DNA of 64,000 nt from an uncultured delta proteobacterium. Its GTDB lineage: Bacteria; Desulfobacterota; Binatia; UBA9968. The position numbers were made by a program, and so were the translations under genes. Each line of letters starts with the position of its first letter. Positions within the stretch are counted from its first letter, which is position 1. The notes under the pieces are model-generated. The model saw nothing but the letters and a program-made list of their open reading frames with translations, had not been told where the DNA came from and ran no database searches. Below are positions 49,090 through 58,409 of this stretch, piece after piece. The stretch spans positions 256,001-320,000 of the forward strand of contig CAVSHR010000006.1 of NCBI GenBank assembly GCA_963727625.1, read 5' to 3'.

Positions 49090-50241
49090 TCAGCGATTCG
49101 CTTTTCTATACCCCAGCGCATCCTGGGCGATGATCATCTTCTGCACGTTCGAAGAGCCCTCGACGATCTGGTAGGACTTCGCGTCGCGGTAGTAGCGTTC
49201 GACTGGAAATTCGGTGGAGTAACCATAGGCGCCGAGAATTTTCATCGCCGCATCGGCGGCGTAATTGGCGGCCTCGGCGGCGGCGTATTTGCCGATCGAG
49301 GTTTCCAGGTTGTTCGGCTTTTTTTGGTCGGCCAACCAAGCGGCGCGATAGACGAGCAGCCGCGCCGCTTCTTCGTGCGCGATCATTTGTGCGATCAAAT
49401 CCTGGTTCATCTGAAACTCGCCGATCTTCTGGCCGAACTGGACTCTTTGGTTGCAGTAACTCACTGCCGCGTCCTTGGCCGCGCGCGCTACTCCCAGTGC
49501 ACCGGCGGCACAATTGAGACGCGTTTGATTGAGTTGCCACATGCAGATCTTGAAACCGTCGCCTTCGTTGCCGAGCCGGTTCGCAGCCGGAATGCGAAAA
49601 TTGTCGAAGGTCAGTTCGCCAAGCGGAGAGCAATGAGCGCCTAGAGTTTCCAGTGTCTTGCGGGTTAATCCGGGTGAGTTCCAATCAGTATAAAAAGCCG
49701 TCATGCCGCGATGTTTCTGCGAGCGATCGGTATAGGCATAAACCAAGCCGCCGGTGGTCACCGGCCCGTTGGAAATCCAGAGCTTGCTGCCGTTGAGCAA
49801 GTAGGTGTCGCCGTCTTTGGTTGCGGTGGTGCGAAGCGCCGCGACATCTGATCCAGCATCAGCCTCGGTGATCGCGAAGCAGCCGATGGTTTCGCCGGAC
49901 ACCAGCCCTGGAATAAATTTCTTCTTCTGCTCCTCCGTGCCGAATTGAAACAGCGTCAAAGCCGGACCGATCTGCATGTTGATCGCCACGCGCATGGCGC
50001 TGTGCACCCGGGCGATTTCTTCGGTGATCAGCACCATGGCGAGAAACCCGAGACCGTTGCCGTCGTAGGTTTCTGGAATCATCGTGCCGTAGAAACCTAA
50101 TTCGCCCATTTTTCTGACGAGATCGCCGCGAAAAGTTTTTTCCTTGTCATCCTTGGCCGCCGTGGGCGCGATCTCCTTCTCGGCAAACTCCCGCGCCAGA
50201 TCGCGCACCGCAACTAACTCTTCCGATAGTTCAAAATCCAT
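49090..50241 (-). CDS. Acyl-CoA dehydrogenase, probable non-decarboxylating glutaryl-CoA dehydrogenase (Acd type)
   Basis: EEIAR..SAMRVAINM, FQMNQDLIAQM, LGAYGYSTE, IVEGSSN and C-terminal RKANR resemble, from memory, the Desulfococcus-type enzyme. Confidence 0.75.
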   Translation of the reverse strand: MDFELSEELVAVRDLAREFAEKEIAPTAAKDDKEKTFRGDLVRKMGELGFYGTMIPETYDGNGLGFLAMVLITEEIARVHSAMRVAINMQIGPALTLFQFGTEEQKKKFIPGLVSGETIGCFAITEADAGSDVAALRTTATKDGDTYLLNGSKLWISNGPVTTGGLVYAYTDRSQKHRGMTAFYTDWNSPGLTRKTLETLGAHCSPLGELTFDNFRIPAANRLGNEGDGFKICMWQLNQTRLNCAAGALGVARAAKDAAVSYCNQRVQFGQKIGEFQMNQDLIAQMIAHEEAARLLVYRAAWLADQKKPNNLETSIGKYAAAEAANYAADAAMKILGAYGYSTEFPVERYYRDAKSYQIVEGSSNVQKMIIAQDALGYRKANR

Positions 50242-50519
50242 TCGTCCTCCTTGGGAAAGCGAGGGCAGACGAAAAAATTCCAGCTCATGCCGTCCGCCTC
50301 GCGCCTAGTATCTTCCGTAGTTTCCGCCCTATGACCAACTTTTAAATTCCCGATATGACTTCGTGAATCGGCAGCACGCCGACATCGCGGTAAAGCTGCT
50401 CCAAGAAGCTGCCCGGCAAGCGTGGTTGTATCGCTGCCGAGCGCCTCCAGCGCAAACATCGTACCCGCCGGCGTGTCGCCGCGCCAACTCTTCACACAAG
50501 TTGCACCGACTGCGCGCTT

Positions 50520-50603
50520 GGATGGTCGGGTGAGCGCGTAAAGTTCTTCGGGCACCCTATGCTTGAGAAATCCGCCGGCACCAAGCTCACGCACCCATCC
50601 TAC
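50520..50603 (-). repeat. GTAG-type REP-like long hairpin
   Basis: Minus strand reads GTAGGATGGGTGCGTGAGC...GCTCACCCGACCATCC. A second remnant lies near 50740-50760. Confidence 0.5.
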
Positions 50604-50779
50604 GACACTTAGATCCAAAACGAAGTCCCGTCAACGAAGCAAAACAAACTTTACCTCGAGCCAATTACGCGTGGTCGGACAAAAGAAGTCGATCCGGGTC
50701 AAAGAACAATAAAACGCGAACTATATACCGGGATTCTGGATTCGCTACCCTACACCCATCACGGGGACGCCATTGCCGC

Positions 50780-51331
50780 TTACTGCTTGTCCGTTCTTAT
50801 AGCCGAGCTTTCCGACGCCGCAGGAAACGCAAGAAAGCCAATCTCATCTGGTGCGATCGAGCAATTCTGCGGCGCGCCGGCGGCGAACGATTGCAAAACC
50901 CCGCTGGCGCTGTTGACGATTCCGCCCCCCCGGCTTGGAGTATGGACGGCAAAAACTCTTACAGAAAGTCGGTGCTCCGGTCGGACGGGTTTCCCGGTTT
51001 CGTCTCAGAGATCGTCAGCCCGACCCGTAAAGTTTACAGCAAGCGCCATAGCGGTGTTATCGACCAAAGTATGCACGGTGCTCCAGCGCGCAAGAATCTG
51101 TTCGTTCTTGCTCCATGCTTGATATCTGCGGCAGATATCCCACCGTAACGCGAGGGTCTGCGCGCTCTTATACGCCATCTTTTCCGCAGCGGCCAGGAGC
51201 TGTGATGTCTCGCGTACTTCAAAAATATCGCGGCATCCCTGCTTGGCAAAGGCTTCAGCTAGGGCGCGGCCCAAGCCGCGGCTGGCGCCGGTGACCAGAA
51301 CAATTTGCGGTCCAAGCCGAGCATCGTGCAA
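50780..51331 (-). pseudogene. Short-chain dehydrogenase (SDR) pseudogene
   Basis: VLVTGASRGLG and LVDNTA (eroded NNAG), in-frame TGA at 51005-51007, eroded continuation GGGIVNSAS, no YxxxK. Confidence 0.75.
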
Positions 51332-51437
51332 AGAATACCAGATCCATCGGCCTAAAACCCAATCGCGCCGCCGCGCGCTTGTTCTGTTAAAAACTTTTCG
51401 ATAAAGGGAATGCAGCTAGAATTCCCGGAGGCGTAAA

Positions 51438-52511
51438 GTGAAATTTTTAGCGATTGTGATGTTCAGTATTCTTGCGCTGGTGCCTGCCCGGTTGCAGGCG
51501 CAAGACCAGCCGTCCACCGTGCCCTCGTTCACGTGGCGCGACGCCCCTTCCGGGCGGGGCAATTCAGAGCTCGACCGGCTCAATCAAGCTTTTGTCCGAT
51601 TGGCCGATCAGGCACGGCCCGCGATCGTGCAGATACGGACTACCACGCCGGACCCCCAGAGCCATTCGGGGCAAGCTAGCGGCAGCCGCGGTTCCGGTTT
51701 CATCATCGACCCGCGCGGGTATGTGTTGACTGCCCAGCATGTGATCGATAAGGCCAAAGAGATCGAAATCAGGTTGGCCGACTCACATCGACTGCCGGCG
51801 AAAGTGATTGCCGCCGACAGCCAGATTGATATTGCGATTCTTAAAATTTCAACCGAGCGCGAGTTGCCGATCTTGTACCTAGGCGATTCCGACGCGATCC
51901 GCGTCGGCGAGCTGGCGGTGCTCTTCGGTTATCCCTTCGGCCGCGAAAGCTCGATGAATCTGGGCGTTGTCAGCCGCGCCGGGCGAAGTTATCCCGACTC
52001 GGCGAGCTTCGAGTTCATCCAGACCGACGCCGGCGGCTATCCCGGCGGCAGCGGCGGCCCACTGCTCAACAGCAAGGGTGACGTGATCGGCATGATCACG
52101 ATGGCTTCGGAGCGCGGCAACATGGGTTTTGCGACACCCGTCAACGTGATCAAGCGGATCGTGCCACGCCTGGCCAACGGTGAAAAATTTGTCTGGGGCT
52201 GGCTAGGCGTCCAGATGTCAAACATTTCTCTCGAACATGCGGCCCATCTGGGAATTTTGCCCGCAAAGGGCGTCGTCGTCAGTTCGGTATTGCCCGGCCA
52301 CCCCGCGGCGCGCGGCGGGGTGCAAAAACAGGACATCATCTTATCGATCAACCAAACTCAGGTTGAAAGCCCGCGCGACGTGGCGCGCATGATTGGTGGC
52401 CTCGAGGCCGGCAGAGTGGTGCAATTGACTATCCTGCGCAGAGGGAAAACCGTGCAGATTTCCGTGCCGCTGGGCACCCGGCCCGAGTCGACCAAGGCGC
52501 GCGAAGGTTAG
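51438..52511 (+). CDS. HtrA/DegS-like trypsin serine protease with one PDZ domain
   Basis: Signal peptide, GSGFII, TAQH (His), DIAIL (Asp), PGGSGGPL (Ser), WLGV PDZ start. Confidence 0.88.
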   Translation: MKFLAIVMFSILALVPARLQAQDQPSTVPSFTWRDAPSGRGNSELDRLNQAFVRLADQARPAIVQIRTTTPDPQSHSGQASGSRGSGFIIDPRGYVLTAQHVIDKAKEIEIRLADSHRLPAKVIAADSQIDIAILKISTERELPILYLGDSDAIRVGELAVLFGYPFGRESSMNLGVVSRAGRSYPDSASFEFIQTDAGGYPGGSGGPLLNSKGDVIGMITMASERGNMGFATPVNVIKRIVPRLANGEKFVWGWLGVQMSNISLEHAAHLGILPAKGVVVSSVLPGHPAARGGVQKQDIILSINQTQVESPRDVARMIGGLEAGRVVQLTILRRGKTVQISVPLGTRPESTKAREG

Positions 52512-54979
52512 CGGTCGGTCTCTTCAGCGTGCGCGCTGGAGTTTCTATGATCGGCGAATGAGCTCAATTTTTTTTGCAGCTCGGTGAACTGTTGTAATTT
52601 CTTTTGGACAGCGTAATTGACCGTTCCTTCCGGATATCGCCCCTCGCCGTCCCGTTCGCCAGCTGCAACACCGGTCAGGACTTCGATGCCTTCGTCGATG
52701 GTGCCCACGGCATAAAGATGAAATTTGTTTTCCTTAACCGCCTCGACGACATCGGGCCTGAGCATGAGATGGCGCAGGTTGGAGCGCGGAATCATCACGC
52801 CCTGCTCCCCGGTCAGACCCTTGAGCCGGCAAACGTCGTAGTGACCCTCGACCTTTTGGTTGACGCCGCCGATCGCTTGAACTTCGCCGTTTTGATTGAC
52901 CGAACCGGTCACGGCGATGCCTTGTTTGATCGGGATCTCGGACAGGCTCGATAAAATCGCGTAGAGCTCGGTGGACGAGGCGCTGTCGCCATCGACGCCG
53001 TCGTAGGACTGTTCGAAACAGATCGTGCTCGCCAATGACAACGGGCTCTCCTGCGCGTACTTGCCGCCCAAATAGCCGCCGAGAATCAACACACCCTTGT
53101 CATGCGTTTTGCCGCTGAGCTTGGACTCCCGTTCGATGTTGGTGATGCCGCCGCGTCCCATGAATGTTTTTGCCGTGATGCGCGACGGCTTGCCGAAGCT
53201 AAAATCACCCATCGAGTACACCGCCAAACCGTTCACCTGACCGGTGACAGTGCCATCGACATCCACGAGCACGGTTCCCTCGGTGATCATTTCTTGCAGG
53301 TGTTTTTCGATGAGGTTGAGTCGAAAGGTTTTTTCCGTCACCGCCCGCTCGACATGCTTCCCGGCCACCAGTTGAGCATTTTCCTTTTCCGCCCAATAAT
53401 CCGACTCGATCAGCAGATCGACCATATCACTGAAGCGGGTGGAAAGTTTATTTTGGTCCTCGATCTGTCTAGCGCACTGTTCGATGACGCGTGCGACGGC
53501 TTCGGTATCGAAGTGGCGAAGCTTCTCTCGATTGCAATAGTCGGCGATAAAACAAGCCAACGCGGTAATATTTTCCTGGTTGCGATCGATTTCAAAATTA
53601 AAATCGGCCTTGACTTTGAAGGTCTCGCGGAAATCCGGATCGATGGAAGCCAAAGTACGGTATAAATATGGGTCGCCGATCATGATGACTTTGGTGTCGG
53701 TCGGAATCGGCTCGGGGCGCAGCCCCTGGGGCGGAACAAATCCGAAGAACGCGCCGGGCTCCTCGATGCGCAGCTCGCGGTTTTTGATCACGCGCTGCAA
53801 CGCTTCCCAAACCCCCGCGTTGGAGAGCACGTCGCGATCGTAGAGCACCAGGTAGCCGCCGTTGGCGCGGCTGATGGACCCCGGCTTGATCAGTGTGAAG
53901 TCGGTAAAATAACCGCCCGCAATCGGCTTTTTTTCGACCACGCCGATCAAATTGTGATAGGTGGGATTGGTCTCGACGATGATCGGCGGCCCTTGACTAT
54001 CGCTATTGTCGACGAACACGTTCACTCTATACGGCAAGAACGGATCGCCCGGCGGCTCGCCAAACAACATCGGTCCCATGGGGGTCATCGCCGGCGCGGC
54101 TTCGGCGCCTTTAAAGCGCTGCAAATTTTTTAGAATGTGATCGTGCACCAAGTCGAGGTAGGCCAGCACCTTGGGGTAGTCGCGGTATTTTTCTTTGAGA
54201 TCGGCGAGCGGGATGCGCACGAGATAATCCGCCGTTTGGGTTTCCGCAGCTCCCAGTTTTTCGGCAATCTCCCGCTCGAGTTTTTTGCCTTCGCGCAGGG
54301 TAGCTTCGACTTTTTTTTCGATCTCGCCGCGGCTCTCTTCAAGCCGTTTCTTTTCCTCCTGAGATAATGCCAAATACTCGGCTTCTTGCATGGGCTTGCC
54401 GTCCTTGGTCGGCAAAAGCACGATACCGGAGGGCGTCATTCGCAGGGAAAAGCCCTTTTGGCTCGCCTCCTGCATCAACGATTCCATCATCTCTTGCTGC
54501 TTTTTTTGTAATTGTTCAACCATCTCCTGGCGTTGACGCGCGTAGTCGTCGCTCTCGAACATTTTCTTGGCTTCGGCCAGAAGATTTTTAATCAGATGTT
54601 CCATATCGGTTCGAAGAACCTTGCCCCAACCGCGACGAATTTTGAGCGCCTGAGGCCGATCGGGATCATTGAAATTGTATACGTAGCACCAGTCTTCGGG
54701 GCTCGCCGAGTCGATTGAAGGCGTCGCCTTTTGGCTGGTAATTTTTTTCAAGAACGCCTTGATGATGCTGGTCTTCCCAGTGCCCGTAAGACCGGTGACG
54801 AAGATATTGAAACCCGGCTTGTCGATTCCCAGGCCCAATTCAATGGCCCGGATCGCGCGCTCTTGGCCGATAAAGTCCTCCAGCGGCGTCATCTCCGCCG
54901 TGCAGGTAAACGGAAGATACGAGAGATCGCAGCGCCAAGCGAGCTTGTCGTGCGGCACTTCAAATTTCTTCGACATCAT
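52508..54979 (-). CDS. Lon-like protease (LonC/AAA_32 type)
   Basis: FIGQERA, Walker A GLTGTGKT, coiled-coil insert, ANGGYL, protease DGDSAS and GGVNQK. Confidence 0.88.
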   Translation of the reverse strand: MMSKKFEVPHDKLAWRCDLSYLPFTCTAEMTPLEDFIGQERAIRAIELGLGIDKPGFNIFVTGLTGTGKTSIIKAFLKKITSQKATPSIDSASPEDWCYVYNFNDPDRPQALKIRRGWGKVLRTDMEHLIKNLLAEAKKMFESDDYARQRQEMVEQLQKKQQEMMESLMQEASQKGFSLRMTPSGIVLLPTKDGKPMQEAEYLALSQEEKKRLEESRGEIEKKVEATLREGKKLEREIAEKLGAAETQTADYLVRIPLADLKEKYRDYPKVLAYLDLVHDHILKNLQRFKGAEAAPAMTPMGPMLFGEPPGDPFLPYRVNVFVDNSDSQGPPIIVETNPTYHNLIGVVEKKPIAGGYFTDFTLIKPGSISRANGGYLVLYDRDVLSNAGVWEALQRVIKNRELRIEEPGAFFGFVPPQGLRPEPIPTDTKVIMIGDPYLYRTLASIDPDFRETFKVKADFNFEIDRNQENITALACFIADYCNREKLRHFDTEAVARVIEQCARQIEDQNKLSTRFSDMVDLLIESDYWAEKENAQLVAGKHVERAVTEKTFRLNLIEKHLQEMITEGTVLVDVDGTVTGQVNGLAVYSMGDFSFGKPSRITAKTFMGRGGITNIERESKLSGKTHDKGVLILGGYLGGKYAQESPLSLASTICFEQSYDGVDGDSASSTELYAILSSLSEIPIKQGIAVTGSVNQNGEVQAIGGVNQKVEGHYDVCRLKGLTGEQGVMIPRSNLRHLMLRPDVVEAVKENKFHLYAVGTIDEGIEVLTGVAAGERDGEGRYPEGTVNYAVQKKLQQFTELQKKLSSFADHRNSSAHAEETDR

Positions 54980-55065
54980 TGTACCTCGAGTTGATTGAAT
55001 TAGCCGAGAGGATAGGGTCTCGCTGGTCCCTCGTCAACTCCCGCGGTGCGATTAAGAACCGGCTA

Positions 55066-55094
55066 TTGAACGCTCATCAACCACTCTCTATACT
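55066..55094 (+). promoter_or_regulatory. Sigma70 promoter, probably leaderless mRNA
   Basis: TTGAAC-17-TATACT-6 nt-ATG 55101. Confidence 0.6.
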
Positions 55095-55100
55095 TCATCA

Positions 55101-56528
55101 ATGATATTCGGAGCAGGCGAACCGAAGCGTGGCACGGTGCTGTGCGCGCTGATGCTAGTTGCGGCGATTCTTCTCGTGAGCTGCGGTTCGTTGCCCGCCG
55201 ACTTACCATCGGTTCCCGGTTTAAGTCCGCCGAGCGAGGACGAAGAAACCAGAATCAGTCGCGAATTCCGTCGCGAGGCCAAGAAAGAGTTAAAATTTGT
55301 CAATCATCCCGAAGTCGAGCGCTACATCGACCGTATCGGGCGCCGTATTTTAGCGGTCAGTGGTCCGCAATCCTTCGATTACCGCTTTTTTGTAGTAGAG
55401 GACAATCAGCTTAATGCTTTTGCCGTTCCGGGCGGATCCATCTACGTTTATTCCGGACTGATCGAACGCGCAAAAACCACGGATGAACTTGCAGGTGTCT
55501 TGGGTCACGAAATTACCCATATCAAAGGCCATCACATGGTCCGTTCCTCGGGGCCCGACCCAATTTCGATTCTGAGCCTCCTGGCGATGGTAGCGTTGGC
55601 GAAAAGCGGCAGCGGCGGTCAAGCCGTTGGCATGGTAGGTCAAGCCGTCGCCGCGACCCGTCAATTGGCGTACAGCCGCCAGCTCGAAATGGAAGCCGAC
55701 ACGCTTGGAACGCGATACATGGCGGCGGCGGGATATAACCCGCAGGGCACGATCGCCTTCCTTAAGATGATGGACCAGGAACGTAGTCTCAACCCGGTCG
55801 ATGTTCCAGCATATGTTTTAAGCCATCCACTCAGCCAAGAGCGCATCGCCAATGCACAACTCGTTGTAAAATCGCTCGGCGAGACCCCTATACGCCCCGA
55901 CGAGCCGGACGCCTTGAAAAAAGTACAAATCGTTATCCGCATGGATCGCCCCCCCCGTAACGAAGTGGTTGCCGAGTACGAAAAGCTGGTTCAACAGAAC
56001 CCGCGAGATCCCGATCTGCTCTATTTGCTCGGTTTTGCCCTGCAACTTCAGGGGCGCGCAGCTGAGGCCCAGAAGCGTTACGAGCAGTCTCGTCAGCTAA
56101 AGCCCAACAACCCCGGCTTGCAGCGCGACCTAGGCCGCCTCTATGGGGAAATGGCTGACTTTAAGGCCGCCAGGGAGGCGTTCGACCGTTCACTGGTTCT
56201 AGTGCCAGACGAGCCGCTCACTTATCTCTATCTCGGTGAGATGCTGGAAAAATCAGGTGATCTGAGAAGTGCGGCCGGCGCCTATCTTAACGCCCAGCGT
56301 TTGGCCCCGCTTTGGGATCGGCCGCCGTACCGGCTAGGGTTAGTCTATGGCAAACTCGATCGGCGCGGCGACGGTTACTACTATCTCGGACGTTCGTATT
56401 TGCTCCAAGACGAAGACGAACGAGCCATCGCCGACTACCAGCAGGCGATCAAAGCCCTGGGCGAAAACTCGCCCCGCGCACAGGTGATCAAGGACGAGCT
56501 AAGTAATTTAAAGAAAAGGAGAAAGTAG
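55101..56528 (+). CDS. M48 metalloprotease with TPR repeats (BepA/YfgC-like), probable lipoprotein
   Basis: Lipobox LVSC, NAFAVPGG, HEITH, YSRQLEMEAD, SHP, C-terminal TPRs. Confidence 0.88.
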   Translation: MIFGAGEPKRGTVLCALMLVAAILLVSCGSLPADLPSVPGLSPPSEDEETRISREFRREAKKELKFVNHPEVERYIDRIGRRILAVSGPQSFDYRFFVVEDNQLNAFAVPGGSIYVYSGLIERAKTTDELAGVLGHEITHIKGHHMVRSSGPDPISILSLLAMVALAKSGSGGQAVGMVGQAVAATRQLAYSRQLEMEADTLGTRYMAAAGYNPQGTIAFLKMMDQERSLNPVDVPAYVLSHPLSQERIANAQLVVKSLGETPIRPDEPDALKKVQIVIRMDRPPRNEVVAEYEKLVQQNPRDPDLLYLLGFALQLQGRAAEAQKRYEQSRQLKPNNPGLQRDLGRLYGEMADFKAAREAFDRSLVLVPDEPLTYLYLGEMLEKSGDLRSAAGAYLNAQRLAPLWDRPPYRLGLVYGKLDRRGDGYYYLGRSYLLQDEDERAIADYQQAIKALGENSPRAQVIKDELSNLKKRRK

Positions 56529-56530
56529 TC

Positions 56531-56905
56531 TTATGGCTGACCGCGCATGGCAGCCAGCGAAAGCACTTTCTGGCGTACCGGCTTGGTATAGCGATTTTCC
56601 CGCTTGAGCAGAACTTCCCGCAGATAATCCGGGTCGAATCCTAGTAAGTCACAGATATTATTGAAGGAAAATAGCCAATCGTTGCTGCTGTCCTCGACCC
56701 ATTCGAGGGCGTTCTGGTATTGGCTCTGGCCAGCGCTACTAGGCGAAGCGCGATATTTCTCCAAACATTCCACCGCGTCTTTCAAGACAGCGATCATCAG
56801 CCGCTTTTCACCCTCTAGTTTGCGTGATAACGCACCCGAGCCGTAAAACTGCGAGGGCAGAAAAATATCAGGCTCGAGAATTCTTGCTAGAAAATCGTCG
56901 TACAT
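56531..56905 (-). CDS. Conserved hypothetical helical protein (EKRLM.AVL.DA...SF..IC..LG.DPDYLR)
   Basis: GAGGAG RBS, own AT-rich upstream region, protein-like composition. Confidence 0.75.
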   Translation of the reverse strand: MYDDFLARILEPDIFLPSQFYGSGALSRKLEGEKRLMIAVLKDAVECLEKYRASPSSAGQSQYQNALEWVEDSSNDWLFSFNNICDLLGFDPDYLREVLLKRENRYTKPVRQKVLSLAAMRGQP

Positions 56906-57074
56906 TTGTGGAAAAACTCCTCGGTGGCTTAAAATTGATCCTATACCACAAGGTCATCGTAGCCTGCAACAAAAAACGAAAACCCCTTTAGGTATTAGAT
57001 ATGAGGAGAGTCTGAGCTTTCTTATCAAGAATGACAAAAAACCAATGTATGAAAAACCCTGCAACAAGGATCTT

Positions 57075-57124
57075 GTAGACGGTTGCCCCGTGCCGGCTCG
57101 GCCGCTTTGACCGGGGGCACAGGG
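57075..57124 (+). repeat. GTAG-type REP-like hairpin
   Basis: gtag...ccccgtgcc...ggcacaggg. Confidence 0.4.
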
Positions 57125-57162
57125 TTTTGAGATAGGTGATTGAGAATGACGCCAGGGCGGGT

Positions 57163-57873
57163 TTAGATCCCGCCCATCAGGCCTTCGAGCTTGGTCTTGG
57201 CGACATTGTGGTCCCAGACTTTTTTCACCACGGAATCTTTGCGCCGCTGTTTCATCACGCGCTGCGTTTCATCCTCGTTGTACACCAGCACTGGACCGAG
57301 TAGGGAAGCTTTGTAGTAGCGCGACGCGGCTTCCTCTAAATCGACGCAACCGGCAAAAACCCATTCTATGGAATGAGCCACAACCATCGAGCCGTGCCCG
57401 CGAAGCATGACCGCATCAGCTTTGCCGAGCGCTCTAGCGACCGCGTCGCCCTGCTCAACGGTGTGGATGAGCGCGGGGTCCATGTATTTCGGCAATGGGC
57501 CGGGACCGAAGAAGGCTCCAGGATTAGACGATGCCGGGTAAAATGGCTTATCGACCATCGACAGCGTAGCGACCATGTGGTTATGCAGATGGGCCACGCT
57601 CTGAATGTCGCTACGTGCTTTATACGCCCGCGCATGCATGTTGACTTCCGACGGGGCTTTGTATTTGCCTTCGATCAGCTTGCCTTCGAAGTCCGTGATC
57701 ACCATATCGTCCGGCTGCACCGTGGCGCGACTGACGGGATGCGGCAGGATGACCAGGTGATCCGATCCGGGGACCCGCGCGCTGATATGTCCGCTGTAGT
57801 CCACCAATCCGGCGTTGAACAGCATGCGCGACGCCATGGCGAGTTTAATTTTGAGTTCCGATAATTCCGACAC
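57163..57873 (-). CDS. Class II aldolase/adducin family protein
   Basis: GHISAR, PSEVNMH...Y.AR, VAHLH and MLRGHG motifs. Confidence 0.88.
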   Translation of the reverse strand: MSELSELKIKLAMASRMLFNAGLVDYSGHISARVPGSDHLVILPHPVSRATVQPDDMVITDFEGKLIEGKYKAPSEVNMHARAYKARSDIQSVAHLHNHMVATLSMVDKPFYPASSNPGAFFGPGPLPKYMDPALIHTVEQGDAVARALGKADAVMLRGHGSMVVAHSIEWVFAGCVDLEEAASRYYKASLLGPVLVYNEDETQRVMKQRRKDSVVKKVWDHNVAKTKLEGLMGGI

Positions 57874-57965
57874 GATAGGGCTCCTCTCTTACGACCGGGT
57901 TTTTTTGTGCTATATCTTTCCTGCCATCATAGTTCAACAGCAGCGTCAGCCACAGCCAACGTCTC

Positions 57966-58364
57966 ATGGCGGAAATGCTTTGGAAACCCTTCGCCAAACC
58001 GGAATCGGACAAGGAATACGTCGCCGTTTTGACCTACCTGCCGCTCAAAAGCCTGTGGGCTTTACCGCAGTTTTTTTATTACAGCCGGCGCATTCAAACT
58101 CAATTGAAATCGGCACCGGGTCTGATTGGCTATTCGCTGCTGGCTCATGTCTTAGCGAAGCGATTTTGGACCTTGTCGGTTTGGGAAAATGAGGTCGCGC
58201 TGGCGAAATTCATCCATAAACACCCACACCAGGAAGCTATGGTGATCATGCGCCGCTTCATGGGCGGCAGTGAATTCATCCGTTGGCGCGTGAAAGGCAA
58301 CGCGGTGCCGCCGCGCTGGCAGGAAGCGATGCGGCGCTTTCATGAGCACGAGCCCGCCGAGTAA
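57966..58364 (+). CDS. DUF3291-like dimeric alpha-beta barrel protein
   Basis: QLKSAPGLIG, FWTLSVWE and HPHQEAM motifs. Confidence 0.65.
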   Translation: MAEMLWKPFAKPESDKEYVAVLTYLPLKSLWALPQFFYYSRRIQTQLKSAPGLIGYSLLAHVLAKRFWTLSVWENEVALAKFIHKHPHQEAMVIMRRFMGGSEFIRWRVKGNAVPPRWQEAMRRFHEHEPAE

Positions 58365-58409
58365 CGTCGGCGCTGCTCTCCCAGGCAAAACCATAGGAAC
58401 AGGATTTCG

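Noticed and set aside
50214-50618. 134-aa ORF upstream of the acyl-CoA dehydrogenase
   Set aside because: It runs through a REP-like hairpin and has no coherent protein signature.
51005-51007. In-frame TGA in the SDR as recoding
   Set aside because: It falls at a typical Trp position (DDLW), the surrounding motifs are eroded, and other genes use TGA as stop.
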